The notes: generated by a model from the sequence alone, not told the origin. DNA of 64,000 nt from Pseudonocardia sp. 73-21 (GCF_001899645.1 NZ_MKVV01000024.1:121016-185015), one strand, 5' to 3'. Positions 28,058 to 41,224 are shown, counted from the stretch's first letter. Translations and numbers: made by a program.

Positions 28058-28130
28058 GTTCCTGCGTTCGCTCGCAGCGGATTTACTTGAGCACTGGAAT
28101 GACGTCAACGGTGTAAGCGTTGTCCCGGGC

Positions 28131-30449
<2,319 letters not shown>

Positions 30450-30457
30450 CCCCCACA

Positions 30458-30506
30458 GACGAACGGCACTCTCGTCGGTACCTCTCCGACGAGAGTGCCG
30501 TTCGTC
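30458..30506 (+). terminator. Perfect 21-bp hairpin after lon
   Basis: GACGAACGGCACTCTCGTCGG-N7-CCGACGAGAGTGCCGTTCGTC. Confidence 0.8.
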
Positions 30507-30555
30507 GTTGGTGGGCAACCTTGCAGTTACGTAATTGCTTTGTTACGCATCTCGC

Positions 30556-30872
30556 GTGCTCGTCCTCGCCGCGCTCGCCGAGCCGGTCCGGCGGGAGATC
30601 GTCGAGCTGGAGCGCTGGCTGGAGCACGTCCTCCGGCCGCCGTCCGGCCCGGCCTCCCGGCTGGACGCGCTCGACACCGAACTGCGTCGCGGACGTCGCC
30701 GGCGTGCCCTGGAGGAGGAGTCCGATGACCGGTCAGCCGGATGACGCGCGGCGGCTCGCGCTGCGCCGCGAGTACCCCGTCGGGCCACAGCGGCCGGGGC
30801 AGCCCGGCGCCCCTGCCGGGATGGATCCTCCCGCGTGTCTCGCGATCGCGGCCGGTTCCTGGAAGACCCCTG
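30556..30872 (+). pseudogene. ArsR regulator plus SRPBCC partner, both internally deleted remnants
   Basis: VLAALAEPVRREIVEL (ArsR N-terminus) fused to ERWLEH...SRLDALDTELRRGRRRR (ArsR C-terminus) with no HTH; an overlapping ATG at 30725 gives RLALRREYPVGPQR (SRPBCC-like start), which then degenerates. Confidence 0.6.
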
Positions 30873-30955
30873 AGGTGTTCGCCGAGACGTTCTCGGTGCC
30901 GCTGCGGTTCCGCCCGACGCGGGTCGGGGGCCACTGCACGGGTGGCGGCAGCCGC

Positions 30956-31828
30956 CTACCGGAACACGACGGTCTTGTTGCCGTGCACCAGGACGCGGTC
31001 CTCGAGGTGCCAGCGCAGGCCGCGGGAGAGCACGAGACGTTCAATGTCGCGGCCGCGGCGCACCATGTCCAGCGCGGTGTCGCCGTGGTCGACGCGGATG
31101 ACGTCCTGCTCGACGATCGGGCCGGCGTCGAGGTCGGCCGTGACGTAGTGGCAGGTGGCGCCGATCAGCTTGACGCCGCGGGCGTGGGCCTGGTGGTAGG
31201 GCCGCGCGCCGACGAACGACGGCAGGAAGCTGTGGTGGATGTTCAGCGCCCGGGCGGCCCAGGCCTCGCACAACTCCGCGGGCAGGATCTGCATGAACCG
31301 GGCCAGCACGATCGCGTCCGGCTCGTGCTCCTCCACCCGCTTGCGCAGCTCCGCGAACGCCGCCTCCTTGCCGTCGGCGGGGAACGGCACGTGGTGGAAC
31401 GGCACCCCGTGGGCGCGGACGACGTCGCCGAGCGTCTCGTGGTTGCCGATCACGGCGTCGAGCTGCACGGGGAGCTCGCCCGCGGTGATGCGGCCGAGCA
31501 GGTCGTGCAGGCAGTGCGGTTCCTTGCTGACCAGCAGCACGGCCCGCTTGGGGACGCCGGTGTCGGTGACCTTCCAGCGCGCCTCGGGCCCGATGCCCGC
31601 CGCCACGTCGGCGAACCGGCGGCGCAGCTCGTCGGCGTCGAAGGGAAGCGAGTCGGCGCGCACCACCTGGCGGGTGAAGAACCAGCCGGTGGTGGGGTCG
31701 GAGTGGTAGGCGGCCTCGACGATCCAGCCGCCCGCGTCGGCGAGGAACCCGGAGATGCTCGCCACGATGCCCGTGGTGTCGGGGCAGCTCAGGGTGACGA
31801 CGTAACGCCGTTCGGACGACGGTTCCAT
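30956..31828 (-). CDS. purU: Formyltetrahydrofolate deformylase
   Basis: LSCPDTTGIVA (ACT), LLVSKEPHCL, VLARFMQIL, NIHHSFLPSFVGARPYHQA and GATCHYVT. Confidence 0.96.
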   Translation of the reverse strand: MEPSSERRYVVTLSCPDTTGIVASISGFLADAGGWIVEAAYHSDPTTGWFFTRQVVRADSLPFDADELRRRFADVAAGIGPEARWKVTDTGVPKRAVLLVSKEPHCLHDLLGRITAGELPVQLDAVIGNHETLGDVVRAHGVPFHHVPFPADGKEAAFAELRKRVEEHEPDAIVLARFMQILPAELCEAWAARALNIHHSFLPSFVGARPYHQAHARGVKLIGATCHYVTADLDAGPIVEQDVIRVDHGDTALDMVRRGRDIERLVLSRGLRWHLEDRVLVHGNKTVVFR

Positions 31829-32331
31829 CAGTGCGTGGCCAGCCAGTCGAGCGTGAACTCCGTCTCGATGCGCAGCAGCTCCTTCACCTGCTCGGCCACC
31901 ACGCTCTCGATCTTGCCGCCGATGATCGGCACCTTGACCGTGACGTCGGTGCGCACCACCAGCTCGCTCAGCATCGGGTCGAGGTCGCGCAGCCGCATGC
32001 CGCCCGCCGCGGACGCCGGGGTGCCCTTGATCAGCACCTGGGCCTCGCCGTCGAATCGGCCGGGCTCCTTGCGCGTCCAGGTCTCGGTGCGCTCGATGAC
32101 GATGTCGCCGTTGAGGAAGTTGCGGACCACCGGCGGCAGGTCCTTCGACTCGAGACCCTGCCTCACCCGGAACCGGGCCCCGTCGGCGTCGGCCGTGTGG
32201 TCCAGGAGCGCCGCGTCCTTGCCGCCGATGGTCGCGAGGCGGGTGCGCAGGTAGTCGGGGTCGACCATCACCGCGTAGACCTGGTCCGCCGTGAACTGCG
32301 ACGTGGACCGGTACTCGCTCTGCCGTGACAT
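31828..32331 (-). CDS. DUF2505 family protein
   Basis: START-like pattern ending VTVKVPIIGGKIESVVAEQV; ATGA overlap with purU; divergent from murB as in mycobacteria. Confidence 0.85.
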   Translation of the reverse strand: MSRQSEYRSTSQFTADQVYAVMVDPDYLRTRLATIGGKDAALLDHTADADGARFRVRQGLESKDLPPVVRNFLNGDIVIERTETWTRKEPGRFDGEAQVLIKGTPASAAGGMRLRDLDPMLSELVVRTDVTVKVPIIGGKIESVVAEQVKELLRIETEFTLDWLATH

Positions 32332-32348
32332 GGGGGGAGGCTACCTTC

Positions 32349-33383
32349 GTGCCCGTGCACGTTCCTGCCGTGGCCACCCCTCTCGCCCCCCTCACGACCC
32401 TGCGCCTGGGCGGTCCCGCCCACCGCTTCGTCGATGCCCCGAGCGCCGACGTCGTCGTCGAGGCGCTGCGCACGGCCGACGAGCCCGTGCTCCTGCTGGG
32501 CGGGGGATCCAACGTCGTCATCGCCGACGAGGGCTGGCCGGGCCTGGTCGTGCGGGTCGCCAGCACGGGACGGCGGGTCGAGCGCAGGCCCGACGGCACC
32601 GTCGTGCTCACCGCGGAGGCGGGGGAGGACTGGGACGGCCTGGTCGCCGCCTGCGTCGCCGACGGCCTCGGCGGGCTCGAGTGCCTCTCGGGCATCCCCG
32701 GCCGCGTCGGCGCCACGCCCGTGCAGAACGTGGGGGCGTACGGCGTGGAGATCGCCGACCTGCTCCTCGACGTCGACCTCTACGACCGGCACACCGGCGC
32801 GATCCGCGAGCACGTGCCCGCCGCCGAGCTGGGCCTGGGCTACCGGACGAGCGTCCTGAAGGGGCGTGACGACGCGGTCGTGCTGCGCGTCCGCTACGTG
32901 CTGCCCGGCGACGGGGTGAGCGCGCCGATCCGGTACGCGGAACTGGCCCGGACGCTGGGCGTCGAGCAGGGGGAGCGGGTGCCCGCGGCCGTCGCCCGCG
33001 ACGCCGTGCTGGGGCTGCGACGCGGCAAGGGCATGGTGCTCGACGCCGACGACCTCGACACCTGGAGCGCCGGCTCCTTCTTCACCAACCCGGTGGTGCC
33101 CGAGGACGCGGCGCCCGCCGACTCCCCGCGGTGGCCGGCCGGGGCCGATCGGGTGAAGCTGCCGGCCGCGTGGCTGATCGAACACGCGGGGTTCGGGTGC
33201 GGGCACGCCGGGCCGGGCGGGCGCGTCGCGCTGTCGGGCCGGCACGTTCTCGCCCTCACCCACAGGGGCGGCGGCACCACCGCTGACCTGCTGGTTCTCG
33301 CCCGCGAGGTGCGCGACGGCGTGCGTACCGCGTTCGGGATCGAGCTGGTTGCCGAGCCCGTCCTGGTCGGATGCGTTCTGTGA
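32349..33383 (+). CDS. murB: UDP-N-acetylmuramate dehydrogenase
   Basis: LTTLRLGGPA, LGGGSNVV, GIPGRVGATPVQNVGAYG, SAGSFFTNP and IELVAEP. Confidence 0.96.
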   Translation: MPVHVPAVATPLAPLTTLRLGGPAHRFVDAPSADVVVEALRTADEPVLLLGGGSNVVIADEGWPGLVVRVASTGRRVERRPDGTVVLTAEAGEDWDGLVAACVADGLGGLECLSGIPGRVGATPVQNVGAYGVEIADLLLDVDLYDRHTGAIREHVPAAELGLGYRTSVLKGRDDAVVLRVRYVLPGDGVSAPIRYAELARTLGVEQGERVPAAVARDAVLGLRRGKGMVLDADDLDTWSAGSFFTNPVVPEDAAPADSPRWPAGADRVKLPAAWLIEHAGFGCGHAGPGGRVALSGRHVLALTHRGGGTTADLLVLAREVRDGVRTAFGIELVAEPVLVGCVL

Positions 33384-33491
33384 CGGTCGCGTAGCCTTCG
33401 TCCGTACCGTGGAGGCGCCCGGAGGCAACCGGGGAGCGTTCGAGGCGTCTTCTCTCCACGGGACAGGTTTCACAAGGGGGAGTACTCGACG

Positions 33492-34676
33492 ATGCGACGC
33501 ATCCTGCTCGTACTGGCCGTGATCGCGGTCGGCTCGCTGGGGGTGGTCACCGCGGCCACCGCCGAGGGCGGGCGCACCACGATCGCCGTACCCGCCGCCG
33601 CGCAGCCCGCCGCCGTCACGGCTCCGGCCGCCGTCATCAGCTACACGCCGGCCGCGGGGGCCGCCGGGGTGCAGCCGGCCACGAAGGCGACGGCCACGGT
33701 CAGGGACGGCGCGTTCGACAGCGTCACCCTCACCGACGACGACGGCAAGCCCGTCGCGGGGGAGTTCAACGCCGACAAGACGGTGTGGAGCAGCACCGCG
33801 CCGCTCGCCTACGGCGCCTCCTACACGTGGGGCGGCAGCGCCACCGGTGCGAACGGGGCGGCCGTGCCGCTGCAGGGGTCGTTCGCCACCACGAAGCCGA
33901 GCAAGCGCATCCGCGGCACCATCAACATCGGCGACGGCCGCACCGTCGGCATCGCCGCGCCGATTCGCATCCAGTTCAACGACCACGTCGCCGACCGCGC
34001 CGCCGCCGAGCGGGCGCTGAAGGTCGAGACGTCCGTGCCCGTCGAGGGCGCGTGGGGCTGGCTGCCCGACGAGGGTGGCGGCTCCCGCGTCGACTGGCGG
34101 CCGAAGGTCTACTGGCCGGCCAACACGAAGGTCACCGTCACCGCGAACCTGCGCGACGTGTTCTACGGCGGCGGCGCGGTGGGCGCCGCGAACCTCACCT
34201 CGACGTTCCAGATCGGCCGGGCCCAGATCGTCAAGGCCGACGCCAAGAGCTTCCGCATGATCGTCATCCGCGACGGCCAGCAGGTCTTCGACTTCCCGGC
34301 CAGCTACGGCCTGGCGTCCGACCCCCAGCGCAACACCCGCTCCGGCGTCCACGTCGTCAGCGAGAAGTTCACCGACAAGCGCATGGTCAGCCAGCAGTAC
34401 GGCTACGACAGCGTCGAGAAGTGGGCCGTGCGGATGAGCAACAACGGCGAGTTCATCCACGCCAACCCCAACTCGGCGGCCGCGCAGGGCTCGGCGAACG
34501 TCACCCACGGCTGCGTCAACCTCTCGATCGACAACGCCAAGGCCTACTACGACACCGCGCTCTACGGCGACCCGGTCGAGGTCACCAACACGCCGATACA
34601 GCTCTCGGCCCGTGACGGTGACATCTGGGACTGGACGTTGAGCTGGGACAAGTGGAAGGCGCTCTCGGCGCTCTGA
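33492..34676 (+). CDS. L,D-transpeptidase with Ig-like domains
   Basis: Signal peptide; WAVRMSNNGEFIHANP...THGCVNLS catalytic motif. Confidence 0.93.
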   Translation: MRRILLVLAVIAVGSLGVVTAATAEGGRTTIAVPAAAQPAAVTAPAAVISYTPAAGAAGVQPATKATATVRDGAFDSVTLTDDDGKPVAGEFNADKTVWSSTAPLAYGASYTWGGSATGANGAAVPLQGSFATTKPSKRIRGTINIGDGRTVGIAAPIRIQFNDHVADRAAAERALKVETSVPVEGAWGWLPDEGGGSRVDWRPKVYWPANTKVTVTANLRDVFYGGGAVGAANLTSTFQIGRAQIVKADAKSFRMIVIRDGQQVFDFPASYGLASDPQRNTRSGVHVVSEKFTDKRMVSQQYGYDSVEKWAVRMSNNGEFIHANPNSAAAQGSANVTHGCVNLSIDNAKAYYDTALYGDPVEVTNTPIQLSARDGDIWDWTLSWDKWKALSAL

Positions 34677-34721
34677 CCAGCTGGGTGGTTGCCGGGCCGG
34701 GCCCACGGGTACGGGCCCGGC

Positions 34722-34904
34722 ATGACACCCGACCACGGGCCCGGCATGACACCCGACCACCGTTCCGAGACCAGCTCCGAGAGTCCGGAGGCCCAGGAGG
34801 ACGCGATCCTGCGGGAGTCCGAGGAACGCGTCGAGGGTGCCGTCGACGGCGAGGCCCCCGCCGACGGTGCCGACGAGCACCGCCGCAGCGAGGACACCGT
34901 CTGA
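34722..34904 (+). CDS. Small acidic hypothetical protein
   Basis: 60-aa Glu/Asp-rich ORF; its start lies within a 24-bp tandem duplication (34713-34760). Confidence 0.4.
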   Translation: MTPDHGPGMTPDHRSETSSESPEAQEDAILRESEERVEGAVDGEAPADGADEHRRSEDTV

Positions 34905-34908
34905 CCGC

Positions 34909-35646
34909 TCAGGACTCCCGGTACGCGCGCATCGCGTTCGCCTGGGCCCGGGGCTTGAGCACGATCTGGTCCAGGTTGACGTGGCTCGGCCGCGTGGCGG
35001 CGAACGCGATCACGTCGGCGACGTCGTCGGCGGTGAGCGGCGTGATGCCCTTGTAGACGTTCGCGGCCTTCTCGGCGTCGCCGTCGAAGCGGACGAGGGA
35101 GAAGTCGGTCTCGACCATGCCCGGAAGGATCTCGGTGAGCCGCACCGGCTGACCCAGCAGCTCGCCGCGCAGTGTGCGGTGCAGCATCGCCTGGGCGTGC
35201 TTGGCGCCGGTGTAGCCCGCTCCGTTGTCGTAGGGCTCCAGCGCCGCGATCGACGTGACCGTGATGATGTACCCGTCACCCGAGGCGATCAGCGCAGGCA
35301 GCAGGGCCTTGGTCACCCGCAGCGTCCCGATCACGTTGGTCTCGAACATCCAGCGCCAGGCGTCCTCGTCGGCGTCGGCGACCGGTTCGAGGCCCTTGGC
35401 GCCGCCGGCGTTGTTCACCAGCAGCGACGCCTGCGGGATGGCGGCCGCGAACGCGGTCACGGACTCGGCGTCGGTGACGTCGAGGCGCAGGGCGGTGCCG
35501 TCGATCTGGGCGGCGATCTCGGCGCAGAGGTCCACCCTGCGGGCGCCGAGGACGACGTGGAAGCCGGATCTGGCCAGTGCGCGGGCGGTGGCGGCGCCGA
35601 TGCCGGAGCTGGCTCCGGTGACGACGGCGGTGGGTCGGTCGGTCAT
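34909..35646 (-). CDS. SDR oxidoreductase (YdfG-like)
   Basis: VVTGASSGIG, VNNAGG, YTGAK (YxxxK) and ILPGMVET. Confidence 0.93.
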   Translation of the reverse strand: MTDRPTAVVTGASSGIGAATARALARSGFHVVLGARRVDLCAEIAAQIDGTALRLDVTDAESVTAFAAAIPQASLLVNNAGGAKGLEPVADADEDAWRWMFETNVIGTLRVTKALLPALIASGDGYIITVTSIAALEPYDNGAGYTGAKHAQAMLHRTLRGELLGQPVRLTEILPGMVETDFSLVRFDGDAEKAANVYKGITPLTADDVADVIAFAATRPSHVNLDQIVLKPRAQANAMRAYRES

Positions 35647-35664
35647 GGACGTGAGATTAGGCGG

Positions 35665-35916
35665 TCACTGCAGGCCCCGCTGCGCCGTGCGGGAGCCGCG
35701 CCGCGCGGCGGACCGCTGCCAGGCGAAGACGCTGTAGCCGACGCCACCGAGGACCGCCCCGACCACGCAGGTGAGCAGCACGATGTCGGGCGGCCGGACC
35801 AGTGCCGCGACGACGGCCGCGACGATCCATAGCGCGGTGCCCACCGCGAGCAGGGTGGTGACCTGGTTGAACCGGGGCGGCAGTGGCGGAGGGCTCGGCT
35901 GCGCGGATTCGGCCAC
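35665..35916 (-). CDS. DUF2530 family membrane protein
   Basis: PPPLPPR...VGTALW...TCVVGAVLG...QRSAARRGSRTAQRGL. Confidence 0.8.
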   Translation of the reverse strand: MAESAQPSPPPLPPRFNQVTTLLAVGTALWIVAAVVAALVRPPDIVLLTCVVGAVLGGVGYSVFAWQRSAARRGSRTAQRGLQ

Positions 35917-35936
35917 GGGACCCCTTGCCTCGGAAG

Positions 35937-35955
35937 AGTGGTTAGGCTAACCTCA
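35937..35955. promoter_or_regulatory. IdeR/DtxR-like iron box
   Basis: AGTGGTTAGGCTAACCTCA matches 15/19 of TTAGGTTAGGCTAACCTAA, with an intact GGTTAGGCTAACC core. Confidence 0.55.
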
Positions 35956-36002
35956 TAGACGTCGCTTCGTGGTGGGAGCGGCGCGTCAGTTCGGGGAACG
36001 AT

Positions 36003-36036
36003 ATCGGGGTCCTGGCCGGCAGGCCAGGACCCCGAT
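36003..36036. terminator. Perfect 15-bp hairpin downstream of the GH16 operon
   Basis: ATCGGGGTCCTGGCC-GGCA-GGCCAGGACCCCGAT. Confidence 0.65.
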
Positions 36037-36319
36037 TCGCGTTCCGGGCCCGCGACGCGGTCCGTGATCGACGTGCGGGGACGCCGGACCGGATCGGACA
36101 CGGTTCCTGGCCCCTGGGTGGTGATCATGGGGCGGGTGGTGGTCGCGTGCCCGCTCTCGCCGTCGTGCAGCTGCTGGAGGTCGGCCCGTGCGGGCTCGAC
36201 CCATGATCGCCGTGGTCGCGTGGCGATCACCCGAGAGGCGGCCGGCGCATGATCGACCTCCGCCGCACGTCAGCGCCCTCGGTGGGGCCGCATCGTGCGG
36301 TGGATCGCGATCACCGGGG

Positions 36320-37210
36320 TCAGAGGCCGTAGATGCGCACCCAGTCGACCTGGAAGCCGACGGACTCGGGGGTCTGGGCGTTGCGGGCCGGGATCCAGTC
36401 GTCGCCGTACGGGCCGACGTCCTGCTGGATCGCGAGGTGCATCGGGCGCGGCGGGATCTGGTCCTTGTCGGTGGTGCGGAAGATCTCCTGGCCGTCGATG
36501 AAGCCGGCGATGTGGTCGGGCGTCCACTCGACCGCGTAGTTGTGCCACTGGGTGAAGTCGCCGGGCACGTCGACGCCGTTCTGGCTGTTGTCCGAGCCGT
36601 AGTGCACGGTGAACTTGGCGATCTTGCGCTCGGGCTTCGGCATCTCGAGGAAGTCGATCTCCCCGCCCTCGGGCCAGTCCTCCGCGTCCGGCCACAGCAG
36701 CATGACCGGGCCGTAGCCCGCGCCCGCCTCGGAGCGGGCCCTGACCTCCCAGCGCCCGTACTTCTGCCCCGGGTACCACGACAGGCCACCGGACTGGTCC
36801 TTGTGGCTGTTGATCGTCAGCACGCCGTCGCCCACGGACAGGTTGGCGGGGTTGTTGCGCCCGACGTTGTCGGTGGTGGGGCCGCTGTAGGGGCTCCACG
36901 TCGCGGTGTTGAGCGACGTGCCGTTGAAGTCGTCGCTCATCTTCAGCGGCCAGTGGCCCCGCACGGCGGCCTGCGTGTCCGAGCTGGTGTCCGGGGCGAG
37001 GGTGGTGCTGTGCTGCGGGTTCTGCGGGCCGCCCGTGCCGTGGGTGGCGGATCCGGTCTGGCGGGTGCCGTCGCGCACGACGGTGAGCGTGATCGCGATC
37101 AGGGCCACGACGGACGCGACGGCCAGCACGATGATCACGGCTCGCCGGCGGCCGGGGGGAGGGCCGGTCGGGGACGAATCGGGCGTGCTCAGCTGCTGTG
37201 TGTCGGACAC
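36320..37210 (-). CDS. Membrane-anchored glycoside hydrolase family 16
   Basis: N-terminal TM helix; SDDFNG, KYGRWEVR, LLWP, GEIDFLE (ExDxxE), WHNYAVEWTPD and VDWVRIY. TAGGGT 7 nt before GTG 37210 suggests a leaderless start. Confidence 0.88.
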   Translation of the reverse strand: MSDTQQLSTPDSSPTGPPPGRRRAVIIVLAVASVVALIAITLTVVRDGTRQTGSATHGTGGPQNPQHSTTLAPDTSSDTQAAVRGHWPLKMSDDFNGTSLNTATWSPYSGPTTDNVGRNNPANLSVGDGVLTINSHKDQSGGLSWYPGQKYGRWEVRARSEAGAGYGPVMLLWPDAEDWPEGGEIDFLEMPKPERKIAKFTVHYGSDNSQNGVDVPGDFTQWHNYAVEWTPDHIAGFIDGQEIFRTTDKDQIPPRPMHLAIQQDVGPYGDDWIPARNAQTPESVGFQVDWVRIYGL

Positions 37211-37268
37211 GGTGGTCACCCTAGGGAGTGGCCACTGTGCACTCGCTGAGAGCATCCCCCCGGACGGC

Positions 37269-38843
<1,575 letters not shown>

Positions 38844-38871
38844 CGGGGGTGCTCCTCAGCCGGTTGTCGCA

Positions 38872-39471
38872 TCAGTCCTCCCCCGTGGGGAGGTCGGGGT
38901 TCTCGGCGGCCACGAGCCACCGGCCGTCGGCCTGGCGGGCCAGCACGATCCGGCTCGTGACGAGGTCGACGGCCAGAGCTCCGCCGGGCGGGCCGGTGGC
39001 GGTGCCGACCTCGGCGCGGTAGCCGCGCCGGGTGCCGCCCGCATCGGCGGCCACCAGCTCCAGGGCGGTGACGGTGGCGGTGCGCAGCGAACCCGCGGGC
39101 GGCGGATCCAGCACGACGACGCCGACGGCCGCGGCCGTACTGCCCGGCACCGCGTAGCCCGCCGCCCGCAGCTGGGTGCGGCCGGCGTCGCCGGGTGCGA
39201 CGGAGTGGGCGGCGGCGAGGTAGGCGCGGGCGACGGCCTCGGGGTCGGTGAGGTCGACGCCCGGGTCCGCCGCGGCGGGTGGCGCTCCGCGCTCGGCGGG
39301 CACCGCTCCGAGCGCGGCACGGTCCTCGTCGCTCAGCGCGGCGCCCAGCGGCGGGTCGGAGGACGGCGGGGCCTGAAGCGCTCCGGCCGCACCGACCAGC
39401 AGCAGCGCCAGCACGGCGACCACGACGGCGGCGCCGGCCGCGAGCACGGGACGCAGGAGGGTTCGGCTCAC
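38872..39471 (-). CDS. Secreted/membrane hypothetical protein, NTF2-like pattern
   Basis: N-terminal hydrophobic helix; DPEAVARAYLAA...IVLARQADGRWLV. Confidence 0.65.
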   Translation of the reverse strand: MSRTLLRPVLAAGAAVVVAVLALLLVGAAGALQAPPSSDPPLGAALSDEDRAALGAVPAERGAPPAAADPGVDLTDPEAVARAYLAAAHSVAPGDAGRTQLRAAGYAVPGSTAAAVGVVVLDPPPAGSLRTATVTALELVAADAGGTRRGYRAEVGTATGPPGGALAVDLVTSRIVLARQADGRWLVAAENPDLPTGED

Positions 39472-39475
39472 GGCG

Positions 39476-40639
39476 TCACTCCCGGAAGCTGGCGTGGACG
39501 TGGTCGTAGTGGCCGCCGGTGGCATCGCGGACGTTGTAGACGCCGCCGCCCGTGTAGGCCTGGCCCCAGCTGCCGCCCTGGTCCTTGACGCTCGGATCCC
39601 AGTAGCGCCCCTGCCAGATCAGGTACTTGACCTGCAACGGGCCGGCGTTGGCGCGTAACCACTTCGCGATGGTCCAGCCGTGGTCGAGCTCGGCGCCCTT
39701 GGCGAACGTGCCCGGCGTGGTGACCATGAAGTCGCAGGCCTTGCCCTTGGAGTGGTCGCTGGTGGGGTTCCAGGCGTGGGCGTCCCAGCAACCGGTGTTG
39801 TGGATCAGCGGGCCGTTCTTCCAGCCCCCGAACGTTGCGGACACGGCGTCGAGCCCGTGGCGCGTGGCCCCGGTGAGGCAACCGCCCTTTCGTGTCGGGT
39901 CCTGGCCCGGTCGGCAACCCGTAGCGCCGCCGTTCCACGCGGCGGGTGCCGCGGGCTGGGCGGGGGCCGGAGCGGCAGGCGGAGGGGGTGCGACCGGGGG
40001 AGCGGCGAACCGTTTCAGGTTGCCGTGCACCGCATCGATGTAGCGCCCGATCACCTGCGCGCAGCGCGCGGCGCAACCGGCCTCGCCCGCCGTCGGGATC
40101 CCCGTCCTGCTGCCGGTGACCCGCCCGCAGCCCGCGATGTGGCAGACCAGCATCGCGTCGAGCGGGGCCGTGGTCTTGCCCGTGGCCTTGAGGTGGGCGG
40201 TGACGGCCCGCAGGTTCGCGCAGACCCACGGCACCGCGATCTTCAGGTGCGCCGCCGCCGTGAGGACGTCGGCGTCCGCCCCCGGGGGATCCGACGCCCA
40301 TGCCCTGCCGCCCGCGGCGATCCAGTTGCGCTGCCCGAACTGGTAGAGCCCGGCCGGACCGCCCGGTTCGTCGGAGTGCAGCCCGGCATCCCATCCGGAC
40401 TCGGCCTGCACCTGCGCCACCACCCACACGGGCGGCAGCTCGGGACAGCCCGTGGATGTCAGGTCGACGATCAGTGGCAACGACTCGCGCGCCAGGGCGG
40501 GCAGCGTGGCCGCGTCCACCCCGGACGTGGCGGGGGCCGGGTCGGCGGCCCGGGCGGGCGGGGAGCCCAGCAGGACCACGCCGGTGGCCGCCGCCAGGGC
40601 GAGCGTGGCCAGACGCCCGAGCGAGACCGTGAGCGGCAC
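39476..40639 (-). CDS. Secreted cell-wall hydrolase: lytic transglycosylase-like domain plus a C-terminal His-rich peptidase-like domain
   Basis: Signal peptide; VAQVQAESGW and AGLYQF (SLT motifs); C-terminal SDHSKGKACDF, KYLIWQGRYW and HYDHVHASF. Confidence 0.8.
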   Translation of the reverse strand: MPLTVSLGRLATLALAAATGVVLLGSPPARAADPAPATSGVDAATLPALARESLPLIVDLTSTGCPELPPVWVVAQVQAESGWDAGLHSDEPGGPAGLYQFGQRNWIAAGGRAWASDPPGADADVLTAAAHLKIAVPWVCANLRAVTAHLKATGKTTAPLDAMLVCHIAGCGRVTGSRTGIPTAGEAGCAARCAQVIGRYIDAVHGNLKRFAAPPVAPPPPAAPAPAQPAAPAAWNGGATGCRPGQDPTRKGGCLTGATRHGLDAVSATFGGWKNGPLIHNTGCWDAHAWNPTSDHSKGKACDFMVTTPGTFAKGAELDHGWTIAKWLRANAGPLQVKYLIWQGRYWDPSVKDQGGSWGQAYTGGGVYNVRDATGGHYDHVHASFRE

Positions 40640-40642
40640 GGC

Positions 40643-41224
40643 TCACCCCGCCCGCCCGGCGCCCGCGGCCTCGAGCGTGTCGTCGTCCCAGGCGTCCTCC
40701 GGACGGGCCGCCGGCAGCACGGGCCGGGCCACGGCGATCCGTTCGACGGGCTGCAGCCCGCGCCACAGCGCCACTGCCCGCGGCCGCAGGGCCCGCGGCG
40801 GCGCCGGGTCGGTGAGCTGCCCGGACCGCACGAGCGCGCCGGCCAGCAGCCGCAACGCCCCGGTGAACTCCTGCAGGGGCCGGGGCAGGTGGTCGAAGGG
40901 CTGGCCGAGCAGCGTCGCGAGCTCGTCGGCGGGACGGCCGAGCCCGACCCAGCGCTCGACGCGCGGCAGCAGCACCACAGCGCCGAACCGGGACTGCAGC
41001 ACCCGCGGCCGCGGGTACCCGCCGTCGCCCGTGAGGGCCAGCAGCGGCAGCCGGCCCGACCGGTCGGTGAGGACCGCGGCGGCCCGTTCCGGATCGGCGC
41101 AGACCACGACGTCGGCGGTCGGATCGCGGTGGTCGCCCTCGTGGGCGTGCAGCGCGGCCGCGACGGTGCTCGTGCCGACGCCGCGTCCGAGCCCGACGAC
41201 CACCGGGACCCGCAGGCGGCTCAC
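40643..41224 (-). CDS. Degenerate MinD/ParA-like P-loop protein
   Basis: VVVGLGRGVGTSTVAAAL (deviant Walker A lacking Lys); GTGA overlap with the upstream gene. Confidence 0.55.
   Translation of the reverse strand: MSRLRVPVVVGLGRGVGTSTVAAALHAHEGDHRDPTADVVVCADPERAAAVLTDRSGRLPLLALTGDGGYPRPRVLQSRFGAVVLLPRVERWVGLGRPADELATLLGQPFDHLPRPLQEFTGALRLLAGALVRSGQLTDPAPPRALRPRAVALWRGLQPVERIAVARPVLPAARPEDAWDDDTLEAAGAGRAG

Noticed and set aside
30458-30506. Shared REP family between the lon and gltA hairpins (both start GACGAACGG)
   Set aside because: Only 9 bp are shared; needs a genome-wide count.
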